59,790 nt of DNA from Candidatus Caldipriscus sp. (GTDB taxonomy: Bacteria; Hydrothermota; Hydrothermia; LBFQ01), in NCBI GenBank assembly GCA_049414445.1, contig JBMSAP010000018.1, positions 1 through 59,790 on the forward strand. Direction: 5' to 3'. The translations under genes and the position numbers were made by a program. The stretch's first letter is position 1; each line of letters begins with the position of its first letter. Below the pieces are notes generated by a model that was not told the DNA's origin, ran no database searches, and saw only the letters and a list, made by a program, of their open reading frames with translations. Positions 17,829-26,619 of the stretch are shown in pieces.

Positions 17829-19938
17829 GGTAAGCATCGTAAGAGAGCTTTATGTATGATGGCATAACCGCGACGGAGCGGGTGATATATGGCACCATAG
17901 ACATAGCCAACCTTATTAAACCCTCATCCGAGATCTTATAGAAAAGGAGGAGCCTTCCGATCTTTCTAACGGATACGCTGTTTTCCTCCACCTTAAGGAA
18001 TTCATCCGCTATTTGTGCGGGAAGCTTCAACTTTGAACCTATGATCACGAGGTTATAATTTCCCGAGAAATAATTTAGCATAGTATCCGGGATCACCTGG
18101 GCTTTTCCATTGGCATACATCCACCACATGTTCGCCATATAAACCGCGAAATCCTTCGTCCAAAGTTCGGAGCTTGAATAAACTATCAGGAATGGGGAAT
18201 AGAAGGTTTCCCTTATCAAAACCGGCCTGCTATAATTGTACCTTTCCACTTTCTCCCACACCCTACCCTTTACAAGGATCTCACCCTTGTAATTCCTTAT
18301 CCTCGTCCCATCTATTATTACATCCCCCCTGAAGTTTGTCAAAACCAGAGCCTTTATATTTTCGGTTTTAATGTTGGCGCCCTTATCGTAATTTATGGTG
18401 AATTTTGCCTTTTCAAATGGCCTTTCAACCTCAAGGATCCTAACCCCAAAAGCGGAATCGCTAACATCAAGGGAAAACGTAACAAAAACCTTCTCCTTTC
18501 TGTTGACCTTTAATGATAACAAAGCCCTCCAAGCCTCCTCATGATCCAACACCCCATCCCACCAGTGACCCTTTTTAGGAACCTCTATATACTTAAACTT
18601 CACCCCATACCTTGACATTATATCTGCCATAAGCCTACTGTGAAATGGTGGCACTACTTCATCATCTCCACCATGCAAAACCACGACGGGTAAGTTTAAG
18701 AGATTCTCCACGAGCTTGTAGGGTTCGGATTGCTGGAAGATCCTTTCCCTTAAATGCGTAAATTCGCTTTCTGGGAAGAGCTTAGCCCTCTGTAGATGTG
18801 TGGATAAATAGAACTTTACAGATGTCCAACCCGCCATAGGTAGACAAGCGGTCCAGATTGACGGATATGATGTGCATAAATGCCAGGTTCCATGCCCACC
18901 CATTGAGTGGCCGGTTAGATAAATTTTATTCCTATCTATTGGGTAATTTTTTAAAGCTTCGCTTAAAACCTCGAGGGCATCAACCCTACCAAAATCCTCC
19001 CAATCAAAACCAAATCTCCTCCTGTTGGTGGGGCATACCACAAAAGCCCAATCCTTCTGCTTGTAAGATCTACATTGATTAAACGCTTCAACACCCGCCC
19101 CATGAAGGGAAAGTATCAAAGCATATTTCCTATTTGGGTTATATCCCCTTGGGTACCTTACCGCGTAATACTGAACCGAAGAATCCATCCCGCTTATAAA
19201 CGTCCTCCTTATTACCTCATCTTCACCCTTAACTTCAAGTGGGATCTCGTACCTTTTCCCCATAAAGTTTATTGGAATAACCACCCTACCCTTTGAATTT
19301 GGCGCCTTTATTGATATTAAAACCGGAACCTTAAGAACCTGAAAACCTTCCAAAAAGTATTTCCTGTTGTTTAAGGTGATCCAAACCCCATCCTTTGTGG
19401 GGTTTGCAACCGGTATCCCAACGTACCCAACAAAGTTTTCCCCAACAATAAGGTCGGGCTTCGTGATATCGTTCTCAACGATGTAAGGTTCTTGAATTGC
19501 CCTTTTAATTTCAAATTTTACCGTCCTTTCTCCGCCCAGGGCGCTTACTGCCATAAAGAGTTCGTTTTCATCCTTTAAAGGTACGGGGACGAAGAGTCCA
19601 TCGTTGTAAATGTCCATAATATACCTCTTGCCGTTTATCTCCACCCAAAGGACGTTCGTAAATCTAACCAAATAAATCCCAGAATCCGCCCTTATTTTCC
19701 CCTTTACGTAATACACCGCAAGGGATGCGGAAACACCCTGATATTCCGAGAGCTTCTTAATTTCCGAAGCATCCCATTCAACCCTAAAGGAATCTCCGAA
19801 AAATTTCAAAGGCTTCCACCTTAGAGGTTCCGCCGAGAAAACGGAGTAATATTCTTCACTTTTTGGATAAAGGAAATCAACAAAAGGCTCCCTAACGCCA
19901 GCAAGAAAAGGACCCAAAACGTAAAGTTCCGTTATCAT
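17776..19938 (-). CDS. 720-aa multidomain protein with a central alpha/beta-hydrolase (S9/esterase-like) core
   Basis: Core motifs LSLHGAG, nucleophile elbow GHSMGGHG, HGGDDEVV and KGHWW. The N-terminal region (about 280 aa) and C-terminal region (about 220 aa) are unassigned. No signal peptide is seen. Confidence 0.6.
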   Translation of the reverse strand: MITELYVLGPFLAGVREPFVDFLYPKSEEYYSVFSAEPLRWKPLKFFGDSFRVEWDASEIKKLSEYQGVSASLAVYYVKGKIRADSGIYLVRFTNVLWVEINGKRYIMDIYNDGLFVPVPLKDENELFMAVSALGGERTVKFEIKRAIQEPYIVENDITKPDLIVGENFVGYVGIPVANPTKDGVWITLNNRKYFLEGFQVLKVPVLISIKAPNSKGRVVIPINFMGKRYEIPLEVKGEDEVIRRTFISGMDSSVQYYAVRYPRGYNPNRKYALILSLHGAGVEAFNQCRSYKQKDWAFVVCPTNRRRFGFDWEDFGRVDALEVLSEALKNYPIDRNKIYLTGHSMGGHGTWHLCTSYPSIWTACLPMAGWTSVKFYLSTHLQRAKLFPESEFTHLRERIFQQSEPYKLVENLLNLPVVVLHGGDDEVVPPFHSRLMADIMSRYGVKFKYIEVPKKGHWWDGVLDHEEAWRALLSLKVNRKEKVFVTFSLDVSDSAFGVRILEVERPFEKAKFTINYDKGANIKTENIKALVLTNFRGDVIIDGTRIRNYKGEILVKGRVWEKVERYNYSRPVLIRETFYSPFLIVYSSSELWTKDFAVYMANMWWMYANGKAQVIPDTMLNYFSGNYNLVIIGSKLKLPAQIADEFLKVEENSVSVRKIGRLLLFYKISDEGLIRLAMSMVPYITRSVAVMPSYIKLSYDAYLMGWSGLKGGILSFPPR

Positions 19939-20795
19939 AGGAAGTAAGCCTTAGGCATCAAAAGTTCCCAAATATTTATCAAGCTTTCCCCCTCAAGCAT
20001 CCTCTGCAAAAGTCCCCTCCTCTCCCTCCTCTGGATAAAGCTAACCTTCTTTATATTTGCCTCCTTCTTTAGGATCTCCAAGGCATCCCTCCTAGTTCCG
20101 AGAGTATCAACCAAATTCCACTTTAAAGCTTCTTGGGCGGTTAGGATCCTACCATCCGCTATGGGCAAGAGATCCTCAACCTTCCTCTTCCTGCTCTCCG
20201 CAACCCTCTCAAGGAAAACCTTCCAAATATCCTTTGCTAATTCGGTTAATAAGACGCTGTCCTTCTCGGTTCTCCTCCTGAAGGGTTGGGTGATATCCTT
20301 ATTTTCCCCAGACTTGTATATATCCCACTTTACGCCGAGCTTGGAAGAAAGATCCACGATGTCAGGTACCAATATTATTGCCCCGATGGAACCCGTTAAG
20401 GCGGTGGGATTCGCAACTATCTTATCCGCGACGCTCGCTATGTAATATCCACCGGATGCCCCAATTGAGTGTATATACGCTATCACCTTTTTCCCTTTAC
20501 TTTTTGCGTATTTTAAGGCTTGGTACATCTCCTCGCTTGATGCGGCGCTTCCCCCAGGGCTGTTTATCTCAACGAATACCGCCTTTATCCTGTTTGCCTT
20601 ATCGGAATCTATAACTTTGTAAATCCACTGGGCGAGCTTGGGTATCTCATTGTCGTCTATGGGCTTGTCAATCTTTACGTAGATCGTGTTCCCAAAAAGG
20701 AAGTTCAACCTAAGAACCCTAACAAACACAAACAGGGCAAAAACCAAAACAAGGAGAAAAATTAAAACCAAAAGTAGTAGATCCTTACCTTTCAT
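19935..20795 (-). CDS. sppA: signal peptide peptidase SppA (36K type, S49)
   Basis: N-terminal TM helix and the SIGASGGYY motif. I prefer the ATG at 20795 as start; the ORF-track start at 20801 is TTG. Confidence 0.8.
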   Translation of the reverse strand: MKGKDLLLLVLIFLLVLVFALFVFVRVLRLNFLFGNTIYVKIDKPIDDNEIPKLAQWIYKVIDSDKANRIKAVFVEINSPGGSAASSEEMYQALKYAKSKGKKVIAYIHSIGASGGYYIASVADKIVANPTALTGSIGAIILVPDIVDLSSKLGVKWDIYKSGENKDITQPFRRRTEKDSVLLTELAKDIWKVFLERVAESRKRKVEDLLPIADGRILTAQEALKWNLVDTLGTRRDALEILKKEANIKKVSFIQRRERRGLLQRMLEGESLINIWELLMPKAYFL

Positions 20796-20801
20796 CCACA
20801 A

Positions 20802-20807
20802 ATTCTA
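20802..20807 (-). promoter_or_regulatory. -10-like box TAGAAT, 6 nt upstream of sppA ATG (20795)
   Basis: The minus strand reads ccTTAGAATttgtggATG. Confidence 0.4.
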
Positions 20808-20824
20808 AGGGTGAATTCCACCTT

Positions 20825-20830
20825 TAAAAT
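20825..20830 (+). promoter_or_regulatory. -10-like box TAAAAT, 8 nt upstream of the 739-aa protein ATG
   Basis: The sequence reads ctTTAAAATaccctactATG. Confidence 0.45.
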
Positions 20831-20838
20831 ACCCTACT

Positions 20839-23058
20839 ATGCTACTTTTGGTTTCTCAAATAAGCGCGAGTTTTAGAACATCTGGGGAACTTATCCCCAA
20901 AAATACGAGATGGGTGCTAACCATAGATATATCCCTAAGCTCCTCCTCAAGCTCCGTTGGATATATAAGGCTCACCTTCCCGACGGGTTATACCTTTTCC
21001 GATGTAATGCTGGATGGGGGGTTAAATGGGGCAAGCTATAATATATCCGGGACAAATTTGGAAATTTCGGGATTCACGCTAAGTGGAGGAAACGAGGGAA
21101 GGATCTCCATAAGGGACCTATACACCACGAGCATAGAAAAGCTTGATTCCATTAACTTAATTTTGGCGAACCCGACGGACACCTTAAGGAGATGGGTAAA
21201 AATTATGGTTATAAGGGAGGATACCACCGTTCCCCTACTCTTCTTCCATAAGCTATTGGCAGAAAGGCCCTTCCTCCTTGGGAAAAACGTAAACGTTAGG
21301 GGTGTGGTTAGTAGCGTGATAGGTCCAAAGACGTACATACAAGATACCATAAGGGATACCCTAAGCGGTATAGTCATATACGGAAGATTGGATGTTTATC
21401 CTGGGGAGTTTGTGAAAGTTTCGGGAATTTTTCAACCTTATAGGGGGCTTGAGGAGATAGTATCCCCAACTCTAAAGTACAGGGAGTACGTTGGGGAACC
21501 TTCCCCTTTCCCGGTTGATAGGCTAACGCATGCGAGGGAGCTTAGGTCCGGGGTTTTGATAAGGATAGACAGCGTGAGGATAGATACACCTTATGTGCCC
21601 CAAGGTGTGAACGTAAGAATAAGGGACAAGTACGGGAACACGGGGAACATTTTCATAGATAGATACACCTACATTGATGCCTTTTATCCCCCGGACACGA
21701 TATTTGATCTGATCGGCGTGGTTGATGAGGATAGCACATCCGCGGGCAATATATACAGGATAATACCGCGGAGCACAAGGGATATAATTTTTTACTCTTC
21801 GGTTTATGTGGATAGGCTTATTCCCATGTTCGGAAAAAAGGGACAAAGGCAGAACTGGAAGGCGGTTTTAAGTTCCATAAATACAACAAGGAAACTCAGA
21901 ATATGCTCAAACGGTTTGAACATTTCCGAGATATCCTCCTTTAAACTCGGAAACTTAAGCCCCGATAGCATCTTTACCCTATCGGACACCGTATGCGCCC
22001 AATTTTGGGGAATAAGCTTAAATCTTGATACTTTGAGCTTTTCAACGGAACCTAAGGATGTGGATTCGGTTATACTTTTCGTATATTCCTCCCCGGATAC
22101 CCTAAGGAACTTTAGGCTATCCATATACTCGCCGAGGCTATACTTTACTACACCCATAAGCGAAATACAGGCGAGGGAACCTGGGCAGTACTCCTCAAGG
22201 CTTGAGGGTCAGACGGTTTTATCCGCTGGTGTAGTTCTTGCGGATTCAAGGAACTTTTCAACTAAAAGCACATCAACCTATATATACGATGGAACGGCTG
22301 GAGTAAATCTGTATTCTCCTTCCTTCGTGAGCTTGAGGGCGGGGAATGTGGTTTTGGTGAGGGGGACAGTTACGGAGTATAGGGGGCTTACGGAAATCGT
22401 CTTCTCCTATCTTAGGATAATAGGGAACGACACTTTACCCGCGCCCCTTAAGCTTTCTCCGGGAACCGCGTTAAACGAGGACCTTGAGGGACTTTTGGTA
22501 AGGATAGACACCGCGGTGGTCTCCTCCTTACCCGCATACGCCGGCATAGGCAAATCTTTTACTATATACAACGGTTCTGCCCCCATCACGGTATACGTTT
22601 ATCCCAACACAGGTATAGACCTTTCGGATATAAGGCCGGGTAAGTTTGTCTCGGTTGTGGGGATAGTTGGTCAGTATTCAACCACACCCCCTTACAACAC
22701 GGGATACCAGCTCATACCAAGGCAAAGGGAAGATTTGATAATACTGGGAGGGGATCTTTACTCGGACAACCTTGAGGTCAGGATAAGGAAAAATATTTTC
22801 CTTCCTTCAAAGGGAGAGGTGGCCCTGATAGAGGTTAAGGGTCCGGAAGGGTTTTACGAGGTGAAGATCTACGATAATATGGGTAGGCTTGTTAGGGTAA
22901 TATCCCAAGGGAACAGGGCGGGGGGTTTCTTCCAGTGGGATGGAAAGAACCAGAATGGGAACGTTATGCCTCCCGGAGCGTACGTCCTTTACGTAAGCGT
23001 GAGGAACGGGGATAAAGTATTAAGGAAGGTTAAGCCGATAATAATAGGGGCAAGGTGA
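20839..23058 (+). CDS. large envelope/surface-type protein: N-terminal beta-rich region, three OB-fold-like modules, C-terminal FlgD-Ig-like domain
   Basis: OB-like modules end in PYRGLEEIV, TEYRGLTEIV and GQYS..GYQLIPR. The C-terminus VKIYDNMGRLV..FQWDGKNQNGNVMPPGAYVLYV matches the FlgD-Ig pattern. Confidence 0.5.
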   Translation: MLLLVSQISASFRTSGELIPKNTRWVLTIDISLSSSSSSVGYIRLTFPTGYTFSDVMLDGGLNGASYNISGTNLEISGFTLSGGNEGRISIRDLYTTSIEKLDSINLILANPTDTLRRWVKIMVIREDTTVPLLFFHKLLAERPFLLGKNVNVRGVVSSVIGPKTYIQDTIRDTLSGIVIYGRLDVYPGEFVKVSGIFQPYRGLEEIVSPTLKYREYVGEPSPFPVDRLTHARELRSGVLIRIDSVRIDTPYVPQGVNVRIRDKYGNTGNIFIDRYTYIDAFYPPDTIFDLIGVVDEDSTSAGNIYRIIPRSTRDIIFYSSVYVDRLIPMFGKKGQRQNWKAVLSSINTTRKLRICSNGLNISEISSFKLGNLSPDSIFTLSDTVCAQFWGISLNLDTLSFSTEPKDVDSVILFVYSSPDTLRNFRLSIYSPRLYFTTPISEIQAREPGQYSSRLEGQTVLSAGVVLADSRNFSTKSTSTYIYDGTAGVNLYSPSFVSLRAGNVVLVRGTVTEYRGLTEIVFSYLRIIGNDTLPAPLKLSPGTALNEDLEGLLVRIDTAVVSSLPAYAGIGKSFTIYNGSAPITVYVYPNTGIDLSDIRPGKFVSVVGIVGQYSTTPPYNTGYQLIPRQREDLIILGGDLYSDNLEVRIRKNIFLPSKGEVALIEVKGPEGFYEVKIYDNMGRLVRVISQGNRAGGFFQWDGKNQNGNVMPPGAYVLYVSVRNGDKVLRKVKPIIIGAR

Positions 23059-24299
23059 GGATAGGGGTATTTTCCGACACGCATTTGGGAAATACAACTT
23101 ACAAAAACCAGAATGTTCCGGATAACGCGAAAGATTACGGGAGGAAGGAGGATTACAGGGAGAGCTTTGAGGAAGCCATAAATTTGTTCTTGGAAATAAA
23201 ACCGGATTTTGTTTTCCATCTTGGGGATATCTTGGAAGCCAAAGCGGATGGGGAGATTTACAACGAGAGCATAAAGGTTGCGGTGGATGGTATAAGGAAA
23301 CTCTTAAGGGCGGGAATAAAGGTGGTTTTGGTGGAGGGGAATCACGATTTTGTAAAATCTCACGACGAGGAGAATAGGGTATTCTCCATAATTGAAAGGG
23401 TTTTTGAGGATCACCTTGATAGGGAGCTCTTCGTGGCAAGGGCGGGGAAGATCAAGGTGGTGGATGTTTTTGGAATACCAGCGGTGGCAATTGGGTACAC
23501 CGATGAGGCGGACCCGAGCATAGTTAAAGCTAAGGTTTTTCAAGCGGAGAAGGAAATAAACGGTCAGAAGGCTATGATTCTCCTGCATCAAAGTGTAGGA
23601 GAGGATATACCATACCGCTCCCTAAATTACGACGACGTACCAAAAAACTTTAGGATCATATTCAACGGGCATATACACAAACCATTAATAAAGTATCTAA
23701 GTGATTACAGGCTTTTTTTAAACGTGGGATCCACTGAGTACGAAAACGTGGCGGAGGCGGTGGATTACAGGGAGGTTTTGAATTACGAAGGGGAAAGTCT
23801 ATTAAGGTTCATCCTCAAGGGTATTTACGTCCTTGAGGGGAGGGGGATATATAAACCGAAAGTTGAAATAACCGATGGGAATATACCCAAGCATCACTTA
23901 GAGGATAGGAATTTTATACCCTTAAGAAAATGTAGGCCCTTTATAAAGTTTGACTGCTCGGATTGGGCAACCTTTGAGGAAGTTTTAAAGAAGATAGCGG
24001 ATCACAACATAAAGCCCCCATATGTAAGGGTTGAGTTGGGAGGGGGGATTAGGGTTGAGGATGCGGAAAGGAGGTTAAATAACCTCATGGAGAAGGGTTA
24101 TATTCACAGATATATTTTGAAATGGAAGCAGGTGGAGGTTTATGAGGGGGGAAAGGTTAGGAGGGGTGGGGAAATTCCTTCCTTCGAGGAGCTTGAGGAA
24201 GTAAGGCCTTATGCGCACATAATAAGGACGTTGAGGGGGAAGGATGTTGAGGAGATGAGGGAGGAGATCAGCCGTATAATATTTTCTTCGGGGCGGTAG
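23055..24299 (+). CDS. Mre11/SbcD-like DNA repair exonuclease (calcineurin-like phosphoesterase)
   Basis: Motifs FSDTHLG, HLGD, EGNHD, LLHQ and NGHIH occur in Mre11/SbcD order, followed by a capping-like C-terminal region. The GTG start overlaps the upstream stop (GTGA). Confidence 0.7.
   Translation: MRIGVFSDTHLGNTTYKNQNVPDNAKDYGRKEDYRESFEEAINLFLEIKPDFVFHLGDILEAKADGEIYNESIKVAVDGIRKLLRAGIKVVLVEGNHDFVKSHDEENRVFSIIERVFEDHLDRELFVARAGKIKVVDVFGIPAVAIGYTDEADPSIVKAKVFQAEKEINGQKAMILLHQSVGEDIPYRSLNYDDVPKNFRIIFNGHIHKPLIKYLSDYRLFLNVGSTEYENVAEAVDYREVLNYEGESLLRFILKGIYVLEGRGIYKPKVEITDGNIPKHHLEDRNFIPLRKCRPFIKFDCSDWATFEEVLKKIADHNIKPPYVRVELGGGIRVEDAERRLNNLMEKGYIHRYILKWKQVEVYEGGKVRRGGEIPSFEELEEVRPYAHIIRTLRGKDVEEMREEISRIIFSSGR
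24275..24280 (+). promoter_or_regulatory. -10-like box TATAAT, 9 nt upstream of the tRNA-Ala 5' end, inside the Mre11-like CDS
   Basis: The sequence reads ccgTATAATattttcttc, then G1 of the tRNA. The spacing equals that at tRNA-Arg. Confidence 0.4.
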
Positions 24300-24362
24300 C
24301 TCAGCTGGGAGAGCGCCTGAATGGCATTCAGGAGGTCGGGGGTTCGAGTCCCCTCCGCTCCA
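24290..24362 (+). tRNA. tRNA-Ala (anticodon GGC)
   Basis: GGGGCGG acceptor with the G3:U70 pair, anticodon loop ATGGCAT and T-loop TTCGAGT. No CCA is encoded. Positions 8-10 (TAG) are the stop codon of the upstream CDS. Confidence 0.9.
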
Positions 24363-24367
24363 CTTTA

Positions 24368-24390
24368 GGGATTATTAAAGAGATAATCCT
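24368..24390 (+). terminator. weak A/T-rich hairpin just after tRNA-Ala (possible terminator or processing signal)
   Basis: GGATTAT (24369-24375) pairs perfectly with ATAATCC (24383-24389) across a 7-nt loop. No U-tract follows. Confidence 0.2.
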
Positions 24391-24510
24391 CAAGTTCAAA
24401 AACTTATTATTCAAAGCCTTCTTCTCATTCTTAATCATACCTGCTTTGGCATTTTTTTGAACCCATTTTTAAAATCAGATCTTTGATGCATACTTAAAGA
24501 ACAAAATTAG

Positions 24511-24837
24511 GGAATATGTGGTGGAAGAGTTTACTTTAAAATTTTACGAGATACCCTACTAAATTATTATTCTTACGAAAAAGTTTCGCTTACAACCTAC
24601 GAGATAAGCGCATCCCTACAGGCCTTCCTCCTATTCTTCGCCCTTCAAGGAAGCCTTTACTATGTCCCCAGATATGATTACTATTGGGGTAAAACGGGGG
24701 AACAGATATTCCTACAGCTTGCCCTTATGACCCAGATAAAGAATTTCTCGTTCTTCTTGCTCTTTAAGGAAAGAAGTTTAGGAAACCCAAGAGGGAGGAA
24801 AATTATGATGTGGAGAATGCGGGTACGAAGTTCTTAA
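24511..24837 (+). pseudogene. start-less open frame, likely a 5'-truncated relic of a membrane-protein gene
   Basis: 108 sense codons stay open in an A/T-rich stretch. There is no in-frame ATG/GTG/TTG until codon 73 (ATG 24727). The segment SLQAFLLFFALQGSLYY is hydrophobic. Confidence 0.3.
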
Positions 24838-24843
24838 AGTGAT

Positions 24844-26619
24844 CTAAATAAGATCCCCCTTATCAACATCAACCACAATGTTCCTTATTTTAACTTTCGC
24901 CCTGTTCCCCTTTATTTCCAAAAGCGTCCCCTTCACACCCAAACTTTTGACAAAATACTCCTTTCCCACCTCAAGCTCCCTTTCCCCTTTTAAAATCCCT
25001 TCCAATTCTTCTACCCTCTCCCCTTTCCTCACCCGGGAAATTGCGGAAAGTAGTTTCCTCCTCATTTCATCAATTTCCGCCCTTTCCCTTTCAATTTTCT
25101 TCAAGCCCTCCTCGTACCTTTCCCTTAAGGACACAAGGTAAGATGGTATATTCCTGTAAATTTCCTCAGCATAAGAGACAATATCATCCGTTAAACCCAT
25201 CGCTCTTGCGGTCTGTATTCCCCTACTTTCCCCCACCTTACCCATTACGACCCTGAAGTTTTCCAAAGTTGCCACGTTAAAGAAGTCGGAATTTAGGGCA
25301 AGGATCTTTAAGCTTGGGAAATGTGTGCTTATTAATGAATAAACCGACCTTTCGGATAAATACTTACATATGGAATAGGCTAGGGCGGAAGCCTCATCCG
25401 GATCCGTTGAGGAGAATATCTCATCAAATATTACAAAATCGTATGGCTTTACCCTTTCAAGGGTCCCCTTAATTCCCTTAAGTTCCCCAACAAAGTGGGA
25501 AATCCCCTCCTCCGGTGCCCCCTCCTGGGAAAAACCCATAGGGAAAACCTCCGCCCCGTATGGTATAACCGCCTTCTTTGCGGGAACGGGTATCCCCATA
25601 CCCGCCATAAGGACCGCAAAGGCTGCGGTTCTTAATGTGATCGTTTTCCCACCCGCATTCGGTCCCGTTATCAAAAGGGCGAATTTATCCAATTTTATTG
25701 AGATGGGAACGGTTTTTTGCCTTATCTTTGAATATAATAAAGGTTCCCTACCCTCAAGAATTTCCAACCTCCCATCTTTTGAAAACTCCGGTATCGTGCA
25801 ATCAAAGTCTAGATAAAATTTCGCCCTCGCATAAATGCCGTCTATTAACCCTATCCCCTCATGGAGCTTAATGATACCCTCCTTCAACCTTATAAAGTTT
25901 CCTATCAAATTCCCTAATATTCTTCTCTCTTCTTCCCTTATCCTGTCGTCAAGCTGTATCAGCCTATTTTGAATGGGGACAACGTCGTAAGGTTCCACGA
26001 ATATGGTTTCGGTTGTGTAAGAATATCCGTGTATAACCCCATCAAAACTAAAGTTTGATATAACCGGAAGGGTTAGCCTGCCGTTCTTTATTACGGGTTG
26101 TCCCTCCCTAAGCTTCCCCCTATTTTTCAGGATAATTTCGGAGTAAGCCTTTAAAAGCTGTTCCCTAACTTCGTTCCTCCTCTCGTAAAGCTCCTTGAGG
26201 AGGGGATTTTTAACCGTCCTTATCTGCCCATCCCTTGATATGTTATCCTTTATCTGCTTGGAAAAGGATAAAAGCTCCCTCGTGATGGGTAAATACGATG
26301 CCAAATTTGCGGAATGTAAGCTTTCCCTGAACCTTGAAGTCTTTTCTATAAACTCCGCAATCGTATATAGGTTCTCGCCGGTTAATACCCCGAATTTACC
26401 AAAATAATCAAATATCTCGTCCATGCTTGGAATGTTGGGCAAACTTAGGGATCTCCCCTCCGAATACTCCCTCAAGACCTCGGATATAAGCTTAAAATCC
26501 CTAATTGCCCTTTCGTAATCTGTCCTTAGGGATAATATAGCCTTTTCCCCAGAGGAGGTTAAGGCGTATTTTACCAAAAGCCCCTTTATTTCTTTAACGA
26601 ACCTTTCCCTATCCCCCAT
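24844..26619 (-). CDS. mutS2: MutS2-family ATPase lacking the C-terminal Smr domain
   Basis: MutS2-like N-terminus, Walker A GPNAGGKT and Walker B FVIFDEIFSSTD. It ends after the KOW-like segment VKSLGVKGTLLEIKGNRAKVKI. At 591 aa it is short of the roughly 750-790 aa usual for MutS2. Confidence 0.7.
   Translation of the reverse strand: MGDRERFVKEIKGLLVKYALTSSGEKAILSLRTDYERAIRDFKLISEVLREYSEGRSLSLPNIPSMDEIFDYFGKFGVLTGENLYTIAEFIEKTSRFRESLHSANLASYLPITRELLSFSKQIKDNISRDGQIRTVKNPLLKELYERRNEVREQLLKAYSEIILKNRGKLREGQPVIKNGRLTLPVISNFSFDGVIHGYSYTTETIFVEPYDVVPIQNRLIQLDDRIREEERRILGNLIGNFIRLKEGIIKLHEGIGLIDGIYARAKFYLDFDCTIPEFSKDGRLEILEGREPLLYSKIRQKTVPISIKLDKFALLITGPNAGGKTITLRTAAFAVLMAGMGIPVPAKKAVIPYGAEVFPMGFSQEGAPEEGISHFVGELKGIKGTLERVKPYDFVIFDEIFSSTDPDEASALAYSICKYLSERSVYSLISTHFPSLKILALNSDFFNVATLENFRVVMGKVGESRGIQTARAMGLTDDIVSYAEEIYRNIPSYLVSLRERYEEGLKKIERERAEIDEMRRKLLSAISRVRKGERVEELEGILKGERELEVGKEYFVKSLGVKGTLLEIKGNRAKVKIRNIVVDVDKGDLI

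Noticed and set aside
24363-24843. Decayed Smr domain of mutS2 on the minus strand of the gap
   Set aside because: Reading on from the mutS2 stop gives a faint FLKEQEEREILYLGHKGKL resemblance to the Smr HGKG region. However, the frame has many stops, and the plus strand carries a much longer open frame. The idea is unsupported without an alignment.
24363-24843. Structured ncRNA (RNase P RNA, tmRNA, 6S, SRP) in the 481-nt gap
   Set aside because: I saw none of the conserved motifs I know (for example GAGGAAAGTCCGGGC, a tRNA-like end with a tag ORF). The region is A/T-rich, unlike structured RNAs of a thermophile. It has not been tested with covariance models.
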